A stretch of 61,760 nt of DNA from a virus, in the IMG/VR virus record IMGVR_UViG_3300009610_000010, positions 1 through 61,760 of that record; one strand, 5' to 3'. The position numbers were made by a program, and so were the translations under genes. Shown one piece after another: positions 43,395 to 52,146 of the stretch. The notes under the pieces are model-generated. The model made no database searches, had not been told where the DNA came from, and saw nothing but the letters and a program-made list of their open reading frames with translations. Position 1 is the stretch's first letter. The number at the start of each line of letters is the position of its first letter.

Positions 43395-44558
43395 TCAGTC
43401 AGTCGTCCACACCAGGTTGCGGAACGCAATCTCCGGTGTGCCGCCGTAGTCGCTCAGGTGGTCCATGTTGCCGCAGCTCACCGAGTAAGGATTGACCGTT
43501 TGCGGGTGCACCGTGACCACGCGCTCGGTCGCCTGCCCGCTGGCCGAAAAGCGCATCCACATTTTGCTGGCCTCACGGCGCTCCCACTGCAGGGAGAATG
43601 GTATCCACTTGCCCACGCCGGCATGGGCGATACTCGTGTTCCAGATGTCCACCACGGCATCGAGCTGGCCGTTGCGCAGGTACCAGCGGTTGCCGTTGCC
43701 GTCGAGGTTGTAGGTGTGGATCTTCCAAATGCTTTGCGAGCTGATGATGTCAGGCCGGAACCACCCCTGCAGGTATTGGGGGTTGAGCGCCCGCTCGCCC
43801 GACTGCGCGGTGAACAGATGCCCACCGCCGCCGTCCTGCGGGATCTGCGCCGTGCGGTAGTAAACCTCGATCGCCGCGCGGCCCCGCACCACTGGGCTCG
43901 CGGCCATGCGCTTGTAGGCATTGGCGTTGGTGCCCATCACGCCCACGGTGTTGTTCGACTCGCTCTTGAACTTGGGGGGCTCGTCGATGCACCAGTTTTG
44001 CCAGAACCCCGCGCCCGCCAAAAAGCCCGCCAGGCAGATGCCCGTGGGCGGCGGCGGATCGGGCGGCACGATCGAGCCAGCCCTCGTCGCCTTGAACTCA
44101 ATGACCTTGGGGCTCCCCTGGACTGGACTCCCCTCATGCGTCCCCCTGATCACCACCCGGGCCGTCTTCGTCGTCTCCACCCCGACGGGGAACGATCCGC
44201 TCCAGAAGGGATTCAGGGAAACAACCGCGTCCCCCGTTCCAACGGTCCCCGACACCGGCGGTTCGATCTCGTACCAGTCGGCCGGAGCTTCCTTCTCCGC
44301 CGACCAAGCGATCGGCAGGGAAGCGTTGCCGACATTCTTTACCCGGATGATCCCCGGCTCCTCGGGGTGGATGATCTCGACGAGTGCTGGCGTCGCGTCT
44401 AACACCGGCCCATCCGGCGGCGGGCCCGAGCCCTCGACGAAGGTCTGAGAGAAGCAATCGCTGATCGAGTCCAGTTGCTCGGGGGTGAATTGGTGCGAAT
44501 CCGTCAAGCATTGCTGGAACTCACCGAATGACACGATCGTGATCGGCTTGAATCCCAT
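43395..44558 (-). CDS. Hypothetical protein with a beta-sandwich/lectin-like (LamG/ConA-like?) C-terminal half (387 aa)
   Basis: ATG 44558 after GGGAGGG. Composition and W/Y-rich beta pattern only. Confidence 0.4.
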   Translation of the reverse strand: MGFKPITIVSFGEFQQCLTDSHQFTPEQLDSISDCFSQTFVEGSGPPPDGPVLDATPALVEIIHPEEPGIIRVKNVGNASLPIAWSAEKEAPADWYEIEPPVSGTVGTGDAVVSLNPFWSGSFPVGVETTKTARVVIRGTHEGSPVQGSPKVIEFKATRAGSIVPPDPPPPTGICLAGFLAGAGFWQNWCIDEPPKFKSESNNTVGVMGTNANAYKRMAASPVVRGRAAIEVYYRTAQIPQDGGGGHLFTAQSGERALNPQYLQGWFRPDIISSQSIWKIHTYNLDGNGNRWYLRNGQLDAVVDIWNTSIAHAGVGKWIPFSLQWERREASKMWMRFSASGQATERVVTVHPQTVNPYSVSCGNMDHLSDYGGTPEIAFRNLVWTTD

Positions 44559-44568
44559 CTCGCCCTCC

Positions 44569-45525
44569 CTAGACGACGGCCCCTTGGGCATGAACGCCGG
44601 AGCACATATTCCAGAGGCCGATGCGCCCCGATACGGAAAGCGATTCGTCGGCGATCGCGGTCAACACGGACGGAACGTCCGGGTCAATCACCTCTTGCTT
44701 TGCCGCTAGCGCTTGCGCGTAGGCTTGCCGCACCTCGGGCTCGTCCCCCGTGAAAGCGATCCATCCGCCCGAGCGCTTCCACTCGGCGATCAGGTCCGGC
44801 ACCCGGCTTGACGTGGCAAACACGGCCAGCACGTTGTCCGGGTGCTGCTTCCATAGGGCCACGTGCTCGTCCCAGGTGGCCTCGATCGTCCAGTCGGCCC
44901 GCTCGAAGAAGCACGGTTGCGGCGCGAGATTGTCGCCGTTACAGAGGACCTTCCGGCCGTCGAGCGTCCGCAGCTCGGCAAGGAAGGCCGTGATGTTCCG
45001 CTGCCATGCGGTCCAGAGGATCTCGTTGAAATCAGAGTATGCAGCGCCCTGCGCGGAAAACGCCCAATAGGGGGGCTGCCGATAGGTGAGATCGAGCCAC
45101 AGGCCATCGCCCGCGGGCACGAGGTCGTTGATGCGACGGCGCAGCTGGTCACGCTTGGCGTTGGCCAGCTTGTGCCAGGTCCAAAGCGTGGGCTGCCCGA
45201 ACCACGGGTAAATGGCGGGCACCCCGTCGCTGTTGGCCAGGGGGCCGGCTGATCGAAAGTCCCACAGGTACTTGAACCATGGGCTGCCGGCGACCCAGCC
45301 TTCGAGCGGGCGAGTAAGGATGTTGATGTACCGGAAGATTTTGATGCCACGGGCGCGCAGGGCCTGCAGCTTGGGGTGGTCCATCGAGGGCACGGTTTGC
45401 GAAATGGAGTACGCGTCGAGCGCGGCCTGCGCTGGGTCGAGCGCTTCGAGGTTCGCCAGCTCCATGTGGCCAAACAGCCTGAGTGGCCGGGGGGCGGCGG
45501 TAGGCGCGTCGAGCGGGTCGGTCAT
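44569..45525 (-). CDS. Glycoside-hydrolase-like TIM-barrel-type protein (paralog of the C-terminal domain of 19842..21329)
   Basis: Shares motifs with 19842..21329. ATGA overlap start. Confidence 0.45.
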   Translation of the reverse strand: MTDPLDAPTAAPRPLRLFGHMELANLEALDPAQAALDAYSISQTVPSMDHPKLQALRARGIKIFRYINILTRPLEGWVAGSPWFKYLWDFRSAGPLANSDGVPAIYPWFGQPTLWTWHKLANAKRDQLRRRINDLVPAGDGLWLDLTYRQPPYWAFSAQGAAYSDFNEILWTAWQRNITAFLAELRTLDGRKVLCNGDNLAPQPCFFERADWTIEATWDEHVALWKQHPDNVLAVFATSSRVPDLIAEWKRSGGWIAFTGDEPEVRQAYAQALAAKQEVIDPDVPSVLTAIADESLSVSGRIGLWNMCSGVHAQGAVV

Positions 45526-45950
45526 GGCCCCTCGGACTGTGGCCCCATGGGTGGGTTGCGCAGTCGGTTGCGCCCCCCGCGAATGGGCAGCGGCGGCGGG
45601 GGCTGCTGGCCGTTGGCACTGGGCGCCTCGGCGGCGGCCTCGTCGGCCTCGGCCTCAGCGGCAGGCACAGGCGCCGGCTGCGGCTGGCCGTAGTTGGGGT
45701 CCTCGCTCATGGCGATGATGAGGAACCGCGGCTGGCTGCCGCCCGTGGGCGCCCCACCGGGGCCCACGATGCCGGGGGCGGGCTGCTCGCCTGCGTACAC
45801 AAACTGCACGGCAAAAGGGCGGCGCAGCGCCCGGGCCAGGCTCATAACGCCATCTGGTAAACTGGTCCAGCCCACCACGCGCGTAGTGTGCACGGTCATG
45901 CCGGGGTGATAGATCCACGGATCGGCGGCTTGCTGCACTTGATGGAGCAT
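45522..45950 (-). CDS. Hypothetical protein with a Pro/Ala/Glu-rich C-terminus
   Basis: ATG 45950 (alternative TTG 45959). First gene after TerL. Confidence 0.45.
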   Translation of the reverse strand: MLHQVQQAADPWIYHPGMTVHTTRVVGWTSLPDGVMSLARALRRPFAVQFVYAGEQPAPGIVGPGGAPTGGSQPRFLIIAMSEDPNYGQPQPAPVPAAEAEADEAAAEAPSANGQQPPPPLPIRGGRNRLRNPPMGPQSEGP

Positions 45951-45994
45951 GTGCGCCAACGTAAGCGCGCCACGCGGTGGGAGTCAAGTGGCGA

Positions 45995-47515
45995 CTAGCG
46001 GCTGGTGGCTTCGAGGTACATCAGGGCGCCCAGGCCCTTCAGCCGGCAGTCGGCCAGCCACAGGGCCATCAGGCGGTCGCCGGTGTGGTCCCGCAGGTTG
46101 TAGCGCCGGGCCTCGGCGATCAGCTCCTCCACCTCGCGGCGCTGCTGGGGCAGGCGCCAGCGCAGGGCATCGAAGTCGGCGCCCATCCCCCGGATGGCCC
46201 AGTGCTCCTCGCCGCGCTTGGCCGAGGCCGTGGTGTACTGCCCAAAAACGCGGATGGTCGCCGCTTCCTGCTTGGTCGCCCCCAGGGCCCCCAGCAGCTC
46301 GGCGTCCTGCGCGAGGTGGGCGATGTGCAGCTGGGCGGCGTTGGTTTCGACCAGCCACTCGTTAGGGCGCATCTGGCGCTGCACGGCCAGGATCTCCTGC
46401 AGCAGGGCCTTGCCCACCCACATGCCACTGCGCAAGTGCAGCAGGTGTTTGTGGGTGGCCGTCTCGCCCACCACGGCGATGGCGGTGAGGTTGCTGCCGG
46501 CGCGCTCGCTGGCGCCCAGGTCTACCCCGGCGGTGATCCATCGAAAGGCGCCATCGTGGTACTGGCCGCCCCACCACTCGGGCGGGTCGGTGCACAGCTC
46601 CTGGCACCGGCGGATCGACTCGTAGGGCAGCAGGTTGGTGGCTTCGCCGATGGGCACATTCAGCATCTGCCGGGCGTACTCCTGGTCGCCCAGCTCGTTG
46701 CGGCGGGCCGCGAGGCGGGCATCGGGCCACACCTCGGGCCACTGGCAGTTGTGGTCACCGGCGTTGTACGTCTCGACGTGCCACACGTCGGGGTTTTCCT
46801 TGGCCAGCACGTGGTAGGCATCCAGCTCGTGCCACGTGTTGTTGATGGCCAGGATGCGCCCCTGCTCGGTCAAGCGGCCGATGAGGGTGCGTTTGATCCA
46901 GTCGTAAATCTTCTCCCGCCCGGCCCGGGTGAACGCGTTGCGCTCGGTGATCACGTCGTCGAGGATGGCCAGGTCGATGCGCGATCCCATGATGCTGCCA
47001 CCCACACCCATGGCCTCGATCGAGTAGTCCTTTTCGCGCAGGCTGGTCATGCGGTCGCGCTCGACCGTGATGGCGTTGTTCAGCCACGACACCAACATGC
47101 CGCCGTTGCGGGTGGCCGGGCGCAGGTTGGGCCACACCTGGCGCACGGCGGGGTTGAACTGGATGTTGTCCTTGATTCGGGCGAGCCACTTGCGGGCCTG
47201 GGTGGCCGTTTCGCTGATGATGGCGATACGCAGGTTGGGGTCGCGGCCCAGCTCGCCCATGGGGCGCATGAGAAGCAGCTGCGACGACTTGCCGAACTCC
47301 GGGGGGGCATAAAGAATCAGCCGCGGATGGGTGTCCGCGGCTAGCTGCCATGCCAGGTGAAACGCTTTGGGATTAAGGCGCAGCGCGTGCTGGCCCAGGA
47401 AGGCCGGGCTGGCGCGTGCGAGCGCGATCGAAGATTGCTCTAATACCGGCGATCCCTTCGCCGACCGCCAGCTGCTCCTCCGGCGTGAGCCGTTCGACAA
47501 GCGCGGCGAGTTCAT
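45995..47515 (-). CDS. terL: Terminase large subunit
   Basis: Walker A LYAPPEFGKSS, Walker B-like IDLAILDDV, and a C-terminal nuclease-type region. Follows TerS. Start is ambiguous (ATG 47515 or 47548), and either overlaps TerS by more than 140 nt. Confidence 0.8.
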   Translation of the reverse strand: MNSPRLSNGSRRRSSWRSAKGSPVLEQSSIALARASPAFLGQHALRLNPKAFHLAWQLAADTHPRLILYAPPEFGKSSQLLLMRPMGELGRDPNLRIAIISETATQARKWLARIKDNIQFNPAVRQVWPNLRPATRNGGMLVSWLNNAITVERDRMTSLREKDYSIEAMGVGGSIMGSRIDLAILDDVITERNAFTRAGREKIYDWIKRTLIGRLTEQGRILAINNTWHELDAYHVLAKENPDVWHVETYNAGDHNCQWPEVWPDARLAARRNELGDQEYARQMLNVPIGEATNLLPYESIRRCQELCTDPPEWWGGQYHDGAFRWITAGVDLGASERAGSNLTAIAVVGETATHKHLLHLRSGMWVGKALLQEILAVQRQMRPNEWLVETNAAQLHIAHLAQDAELLGALGATKQEAATIRVFGQYTTASAKRGEEHWAIRGMGADFDALRWRLPQQRREVEELIAEARRYNLRDHTGDRLMALWLADCRLKGLGALMYLEATSR

Positions 47516-48116
47516 CGTCGAGCCCGCCGCTTCCGCGGGACTTGCCATTGCCGCCGGAAACTACCACACCCGGGCCCAGGTCACCGTGCTGGGCACCCCA
47601 GCGGGCCATGTCGGCGGTGAAGCCCCCCCGCGCGGCCAGGATGCCCCGCAGGCACAGGTCGGCCTGGCGGGCAGCAGCGAGCTGAAAGTGCGCCCGGCGG
47701 CGGCGGGCCACGCGGCGGCGCAGGTGCAGGGCGGGGTCGGCCTGGCACTGGGCGTCGCTCAGGTCGCAGTCCTCCTTCTCGTAGTTGGCAGCTGCGGCCA
47801 TGACCATGCTGTATTGCACGAGGTAGCGCTCGGCCACGCCGGTGCGCACCGCGGCGTAGTCGGTGCGCTGGCTTTCGCGGGTGTTCCAGGCGCGTTCGTC
47901 GCGGGCGGCCGTCTCGTGGCTGACTCCCAGTTCCTCGGCGATGGCGCGGATGGGCACGCCCTGAGCGCGCAGCTGGATGACCCGCGCGCGACGTTCCCAC
48001 AGCGAGTTACCGTTGTCGGCTCGGCGGGAAGGTGGGTGCTGCATCTTCTTGGCGGTACCGGGCTGTGATGCAGGCGGATCGGGGCTTGATGCTTGATTAG
48101 ACGTGGCCTTATCCAT
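47373..48116 (-). CDS. terS: Terminase small subunit (HTH)
   Basis: IQLRAQGVPIRAIAEELGVSHETAARD HTH. Immediately upstream of TerL. ATG 48116 (alternative TTG 48128). Confidence 0.65.
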   Translation of the reverse strand: MDKATSNQASSPDPPASQPGTAKKMQHPPSRRADNGNSLWERRARVIQLRAQGVPIRAIAEELGVSHETAARDERAWNTRESQRTDYAAVRTGVAERYLVQYSMVMAAAANYEKEDCDLSDAQCQADPALHLRRRVARRRRAHFQLAAARQADLCLRGILAARGGFTADMARWGAQHGDLGPGVVVSGGNGKSRGSGGLDDELAALVERLTPEEQLAVGEGIAGIRAIFDRARTRQPGLPGPARAAP

Positions 48117-48143
48117 GGCGTACGTCAACGTAGCATGTAGGTA

Positions 48144-48218
48144 TGGCTGGAGGACCAGGATTCGAACCTGGGACGGGCCGGTTAACAGCCGGCTGGTCTA
48201 CCGCTGAGCTATCCCGCA
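48144..48218 (-). tRNA. tRNA-Asn (anticodon GUU) with one acceptor-stem and one D-stem mismatch; CCA encoded
   Basis: Hand fold: UGCGGGA-UA-GCUC-AGCGGUA-GACC-A-GCCGG-CUGUUAA-CCGGC-CCGUC-CCAGG-UUCGAAU-CCUGG-UCCUCCA-G-CCA. There are C3-C70 and C11-C24 mismatches. Confidence 0.7.
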
Positions 48219-48380
48219 GTGAATCGGCCGCCAGGGGTGCTAGGTGGTGGCTCGACCGGGCCGTAGTGTCGCAGGGGGCCGTGCTCCTGAGCGCGGCTCA
48301 TCCACACGAGGTAGCGCACGGCGTGCTCGAAGGTTTCGAACTCGGCTGGCTCGTGGTCGGCGATCTGAATGCGGATCATG
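48209..48380 (-). CDS. Hypothetical small protein (56 aa)
   Basis: ATG after GGAGAAAG. Its 3' end overlaps the tRNA by 10 nt, so the true end is doubtful. Confidence 0.35.
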
Positions 48381-48401
48381 GCTTTCTCCAATCCTAGCGC
48401 G

Positions 48402-48995
48402 TCAGGCGGGCACCAGCTCGGGCTCGGGCTGGGGTTGGTTGCCGGTCGGTGGAAACAGGCAAGTGACCACTTCTCCACACTGGCTTGGGTCGAGCGGTGT
48501 GATGGCCATGGTGATGACCTCGGGGGTGGGGGCGATGGTGGAGGGTAGCTGCACATCGAGCTGGGCGCCGGCGATGGCCCGATCGAACAGCGCCAGGATG
48601 TCGGCATGGGTGGTGCGGGCCATGTCGTTGTAGCTGACGATCGTGGTGTCGATGTCGTCAGTGTGGATGCCTGCGAGGCCAGGCAGCGCCTCGCGCAAGT
48701 GCTGAGCTGCCGCCTCGTAGTCCTGAGCTGCCGCCTCGTAGTCCTGTTCCCAGAATAAAAGGGGTGCTTTGCCCCACATCGGGCGCCATGGTTTCGCGTT
48801 CTCCCGATGTGAATTGTAATCACCTTGGCAGGTCACACGGATCAGGGCACCCACGGCGCACAGCTGGTTGGCCGTGGGGTCGAAGAAGTCCACCCGCCGG
48901 CCGGCTGCGTTGCGGGCAAGGGCTCCCTTGGTCCAGCCGCGCTCGATCAGGGCGCGGGCCTGCGTGAGAATGGCGACTATCGTGGTCGGTGTCAT
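48402..48995 (-). CDS. Hypothetical early protein (197 aa) carrying an in-frame repeat insertion
   Basis: ATGA overlap start. Contains the 45-bp repeat element and a 21-nt tandem duplication (DYEAAAQ x2). Confidence 0.55.
   Translation of the reverse strand: MTPTTIVAILTQARALIERGWTKGALARNAAGRRVDFFDPTANQLCAVGALIRVTCQGDYNSHRENAKPWRPMWGKAPLLFWEQDYEAAAQDYEAAAQHLREALPGLAGIHTDDIDTTIVSYNDMARTTHADILALFDRAIAGAQLDVQLPSTIAPTPEVITMAITPLDPSQCGEVVTCLFPPTGNQPQPEPELVPA
48702..48743 (-). repeat. 21-nt perfect tandem duplication (2 copies) inside a CDS
   Basis: ctgagctgccgcctcgtagtc x2 on the + strand. Encodes DYEAAAQ-DYEAAAQ. Confidence 0.9.
48743..48787 (-). repeat. 45-bp inverted repeat, copy 1 (partner 52147..52191, 1 mismatch)
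   Basis: The reverse complement matches ggcgcccgRtgtggggcaaagcaccccttttattctgggaacagg. Confidence 0.9.
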
Positions 48996-49174
48996 TGGCT
49001 CTCCTTTGGTTTGGTCGCTTCACGGGCCGCACGTTGCATGGCCTCGACGGTGTGCCGCTGCTGCTGAGCGGTCCACTGCTCGGCCGGGGGCGTGGGCATG
49101 CACTGCTGCGCGAGGCCCCACAGGCCGGCCAGGAGCAGCAGTGCGCAGCCCGCCATGAACAACAACACGGGCAT
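48992..49174 (-). CDS. Small membrane protein (60 aa)
   Basis: MPVLLFMAGCALLLLAGLWGL. ATGA overlap with the downstream gene. Confidence 0.45.
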   Translation of the reverse strand: MPVLLFMAGCALLLLAGLWGLAQQCMPTPPAEQWTAQQQRHTVEAMQRAAREATKPKESQ

Positions 49175-49182
49175 GGGGGCGT

Positions 49183-49677
49183 TTAGTCGTCTAGGGGCAC
49201 GGGCTCGCCCTTGGTCAGCAACATCAGCACGCCCAGGGTTTCGGCCGTGTTGCGTTTGTGGCTGCTCGCCGTTATGGGCGTGCCTTCGTACCAGCCGGCC
49301 ATGCTGTAATCCCACTGGGCGAACTTTGTGGACATCTCCTCCCAAACGCTCTGCTGCAGTCGGAGCACCCGATCGGCCACGTGATAGGCCAGGCCCATCA
49401 TGCAAAACCGCACGGCGGTGGCGTCCTGGGCGAGCACGTCGCGGCCAGCGGCATCCCGGGCCACGGGCCCATGCATCATGCACCCAGGGTGGTCCAGGAT
49501 GTACTGTGCCATGGCATGCGCCAGCAGCTGGTACGGCTGGGCATCGGGCGGGGGTGGTGGCAGCTGCAGCGGCACTGCCGTGTTGGGCTCGGGCTCGGCC
49601 ACGTGGGCCTCGGGCTCGGGCTCAACCGGCGGGAGGGCAAGCCGGGTGATGACGGCATCTGCCATCTGTTCTTCCAT
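49183..49677 (-). CDS. Hypothetical early protein (164 aa)
   Basis: ATG 49677 (alternative 49665). Confidence 0.5.
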   Translation of the reverse strand: MEEQMADAVITRLALPPVEPEPEAHVAEPEPNTAVPLQLPPPPPDAQPYQLLAHAMAQYILDHPGCMMHGPVARDAAGRDVLAQDATAVRFCMMGLAYHVADRVLRLQQSVWEEMSTKFAQWDYSMAGWYEGTPITASSHKRNTAETLGVLMLLTKGEPVPLDD

Positions 49678-49711
49678 TAGGCTCACTTTGTCTCTCCGTG
49701 TTTTTGGGTTG

Positions 49712-49882
49712 TTACCAGGCGGCCCACCACATGGCCGCCCCACACACCAGGCTGAACAGCGTGGGGACGGCCGCTTCACGGTCGGTCATTGACCGCTCAA
49801 CCAGCCAGGCCCCGGTGAACATCAGCCCACCGGCACCCAGCAGAAACACCACCACCCGCACCACCCCCTCGTACGGATTCAT
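49712..49882 (-). CDS. Small two-helix membrane protein (56 aa)
   Basis: ATGA overlap start; hydrophobic. Confidence 0.45.
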   Translation of the reverse strand: MNPYEGVVRVVVFLLGAGGLMFTGAWLVERSMTDREAAVPTLFSLVCGAAMWWAAW

Positions 49883-50082
49883 GCGACCACAAGCTGCAAC
49901 GCGGGACGGGGCTGCGGCAGCCGCACCGTGAGCGCATGCCCTAGGCACAGAAACCACACCCGCGTGGCCTGCATGCCCACGGTTTGGTACTCCAGCCCCC
50001 TGGCGGCCGCCCGCTGGCACCCGTCGAACTGGCACATGCCGCGGGCCCGATCGGTCCAGTGGCGCAGTGTGTACTCGGTCAT
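49879..50082 (-). CDS. Hypothetical protein (67 aa)
   Basis: ATGA overlaps at both ends. Confidence 0.45.
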   Translation of the reverse strand: MTEYTLRHWTDRARGMCQFDGCQRAAARGLEYQTVGMQATRVWFLCLGHALTVRLPQPRPALQLVVA

Positions 50083-50666
50083 GGGTCCTCCTTGGGCGGC
50101 TTGGTCGAGGCCGCCGCTTTGCGGTCGTAGTAGCGCACCCTGGCACGCCACTTGGCGAGCAGTCGTGCTGTGCGCAGGGCCTGGGCTTCGAGCCGAGCGA
50201 CGTGGCGCCTGGCTCGGGCCTCGCGCTGCACAGCAGCCGTGGCCTGCTGGTGGGTGGGCTTGGGCGGGGGCGGGCACCACGCCACGGCGTAGCCCTCGGC
50301 CCAGGGCACGGGCAGCGACCAGTGGGGCACCATGTCGCGGTGCTTCCACCCGCGGGTGTGCATCAGCTCGTGCTCGATCACCTGCGCCAACTGGACCACG
50401 CTCAGCGACTCGTCCACGCGGGGCAAGTAGAGCTGCACGTTGATGGCCTCGTGCACGACTACCGCCCCGTCATGCCATGGAGTTTGCCGCCCCACGGCGG
50501 CCTCCCCATGTGAGCATCCGGGAGTGCGACGCGTGCGGTACTCGATGGTGAAGTGCTTGGGTCCGGTCACGCCCACATGGTTCATGCCGGCGGTGATGAG
50601 CGTGCGCAGGCTTCGTGTGCTCCACCGCGTGTGGTTGGTAATGCGCAAGCGCCGCTTCTTTATCAT
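50079..50666 (-). CDS. HExxH metalloprotease-motif protein (SprT-like?)
   Basis: VIEHELMHTRGW motif. ATGA overlap start. Confidence 0.45.
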   Translation of the reverse strand: MIKKRRLRITNHTRWSTRSLRTLITAGMNHVGVTGPKHFTIEYRTRRTPGCSHGEAAVGRQTPWHDGAVVVHEAINVQLYLPRVDESLSVVQLAQVIEHELMHTRGWKHRDMVPHWSLPVPWAEGYAVAWCPPPPKPTHQQATAAVQREARARRHVARLEAQALRTARLLAKWRARVRYYDRKAAASTKPPKEDP

Positions 50667-50854
50667 GCGGTCAACATCTCGCCGCATCCATCGCACACAC
50701 AACCAGGCGGGATTTCGGCGGGGTCCAAGAGAACGAAATCTTCGGCGGTCGGTTGATCAAGCTCCGGGACGGGCGGGCTCGTGATCGTTTCCAAGTGGCA
50801 AGCCTCGCACGCGTAACCCCAACCGCCGCCGATCGGGAACGCCCACGCTTTCAT
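50663..50854 (-). CDS. Hypothetical Cys-rich protein (63 aa)
   Basis: CEAC...CVCDGC. Confidence 0.45.
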   Translation of the reverse strand: MKAWAFPIGGGWGYACEACHLETITSPPVPELDQPTAEDFVLLDPAEIPPGCVCDGCGEMLTA

Positions 50855-51240
50855 GGCTCCCCCCCCGCTAAGCCGCGCTTGGCTGTCGGCCAGGCCGCTG
50901 CACCTGGCACCATGATGTAGTCCTCGAAGGTGTGCGAGCGTGGCGGCGAACCGCCAAACGTCACGATGGCCGCATCGCAGTCCACGATCAGCTCGGGGTG
51001 GTTGCTGTCCATCGGCTGGCTGTCGATGCCGAAGCCCGTTTCCTCGCCGTGGGCGCCCTCGGTCATGGCGTCAAAGATGATGCGCGCCAGGTAGGGCGCA
51101 TCGGTCCAGCGCTGGCGGCGGGCCAGCGCCTGGCGCAGTTTTTCGGGCAGCTCGGTGCCCTCCCAGTGCGTGTACAGGAACACGCTGGTACGCTTGTTTT
51201 TGATTTGCACGTTCGCTCGGTCGCCCATGGTGTTATGCAC
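50851..51240 (-). CDS. Hypothetical protein (129 aa)
   Basis: Operon context. Confidence 0.5.
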   Translation of the reverse strand: MHNTMGDRANVQIKNKRTSVFLYTHWEGTELPEKLRQALARRQRWTDAPYLARIIFDAMTEGAHGEETGFGIDSQPMDSNHPELIVDCDAAIVTFGGSPPRSHTFEDYIMVPGAAAWPTAKRGLAGGEP

Positions 51241-51562
51241 CCCTCACTGCCGGGTTGATGCGCTCGTCCTCGACCATGGCCAGCAGCATGTCGATCAGCG
51301 GCTGGCGGTTTTCGGGGCGGTGCAGCCACGAGGCCGCGCGGGTCTCGGGGTCGGTCCACGTGCGCTCGATCGTCATTGCCCACCCACCGCCGGTGCTGGT
51401 GGTTACGCCGCCAGGCATGCGACCGGCGGCCGTGGTGCGGTTTTGCAGGTACACGGCCAGGGGCCGTGTGGCGGGGTTTTGCCACTGCACCGTGGCCCGG
51501 ATGAACAGGCCCGGGTTGCCATGCTCGTGCTTGAAGTCGATGATGACGTAATCGGGGAACAT
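51233..51562 (-). CDS. Hypothetical protein (109 aa)
   Basis: ATG 51562, after the upstream stop. Confidence 0.5.
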   Translation of the reverse strand: MFPDYVIIDFKHEHGNPGLFIRATVQWQNPATRPLAVYLQNRTTAAGRMPGGVTTSTGGGWAMTIERTWTDPETRAASWLHRPENRQPLIDMLLAMVEDERINPAVRGA

Positions 51563-51567
51563 GGGGG

Positions 51568-51768
51568 TCACGCGGCCTCCCGCAGCTGCTCGGGCAGCAG
51601 CTCGTGTTCGAGCGTGTACATGAGGTACGCGGCGGCGGCGGCTTCTAGGTCGCCAACGGCTTCGAGCGCCGCGGCGGCCTGGCGCCACTGCGTGGTGGGC
51701 AGGATGCCCTCGGCCTGGCGGTTGGCGGCACGGTGCGCGCGGTGCATGGCGGTCATGGGGTTGCTCAT
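51568..51768 (-). CDS. Hypothetical protein (66 aa)
   Basis: ATG 51768. Confidence 0.45.
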   Translation of the reverse strand: MSNPMTAMHRAHRAANRQAEGILPTTQWRQAAAALEAVGDLEAAAAAYLMYTLEHELLPEQLREAA

Positions 51769-51773
51769 GGCGA

Positions 51774-52013
51774 CTAGCCGTCCTCGCCGTCGATCGCTTC
51801 GAGGTCGGCAACGAGTGCGGTGATGGTGTTGCCCATGCCGGCCCCGGTCACGCGCTCCTGTTGGCGCAGCACCGCGCACACCAGGCGGGCCAGGTGCTCG
51901 CGCCGGAAGCCCGCGTCGCCCCAGTTGTCGAACAACAGCTCGGCCTCGCGCATGGCCTCGCGCAGGTCGCGGGCCGCTGGAGTGCTGGTTGCTTGCCGAA
52001 TCTTGCTTGCCAT
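51774..52013 (-). CDS. Hypothetical protein (79 aa)
   Basis: ATG 52013 after AGGAGCAAG. Preceded by conserved element A. Confidence 0.55.
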   Translation of the reverse strand: MASKIRQATSTPAARDLREAMREAELLFDNWGDAGFRREHLARLVCAVLRQQERVTGAGMGNTITALVADLEAIDGEDG

Positions 52014-52035
52014 CGTTGCTTGCTCCTGTTGCCGG

Positions 52036-52110
52036 GCGCGACCCCCATGGCCGCGCACACCCCATACACATCGCAAAAGCGGGGCCAACGCTAAGTGATG
52101 CACTGGCCGT
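52036..52110 (-). promoter_or_regulatory. Conserved intergenic element, copy A (promoter/operator or 5'-UTR structure)
   Basis: On the - strand: GCTTTTGCGATGTG core, then the hairpin GCGCGGCC-ATGGG-GGTCGCGC, then the RBS. Near-identical to copy B. Confidence 0.5.
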
Positions 52111-52146
52111 GCCCCAGCCGAGGCCCCCGGGCAACTTGCGCGGGCG

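Noticed and set aside
48143-48397. An 84-aa plus-strand ORF (MAGGPGFEPGTGRL...).
   Set aside because: It is the translation of the complement of the tRNA-Asn gene and downstream sequence, not a gene.
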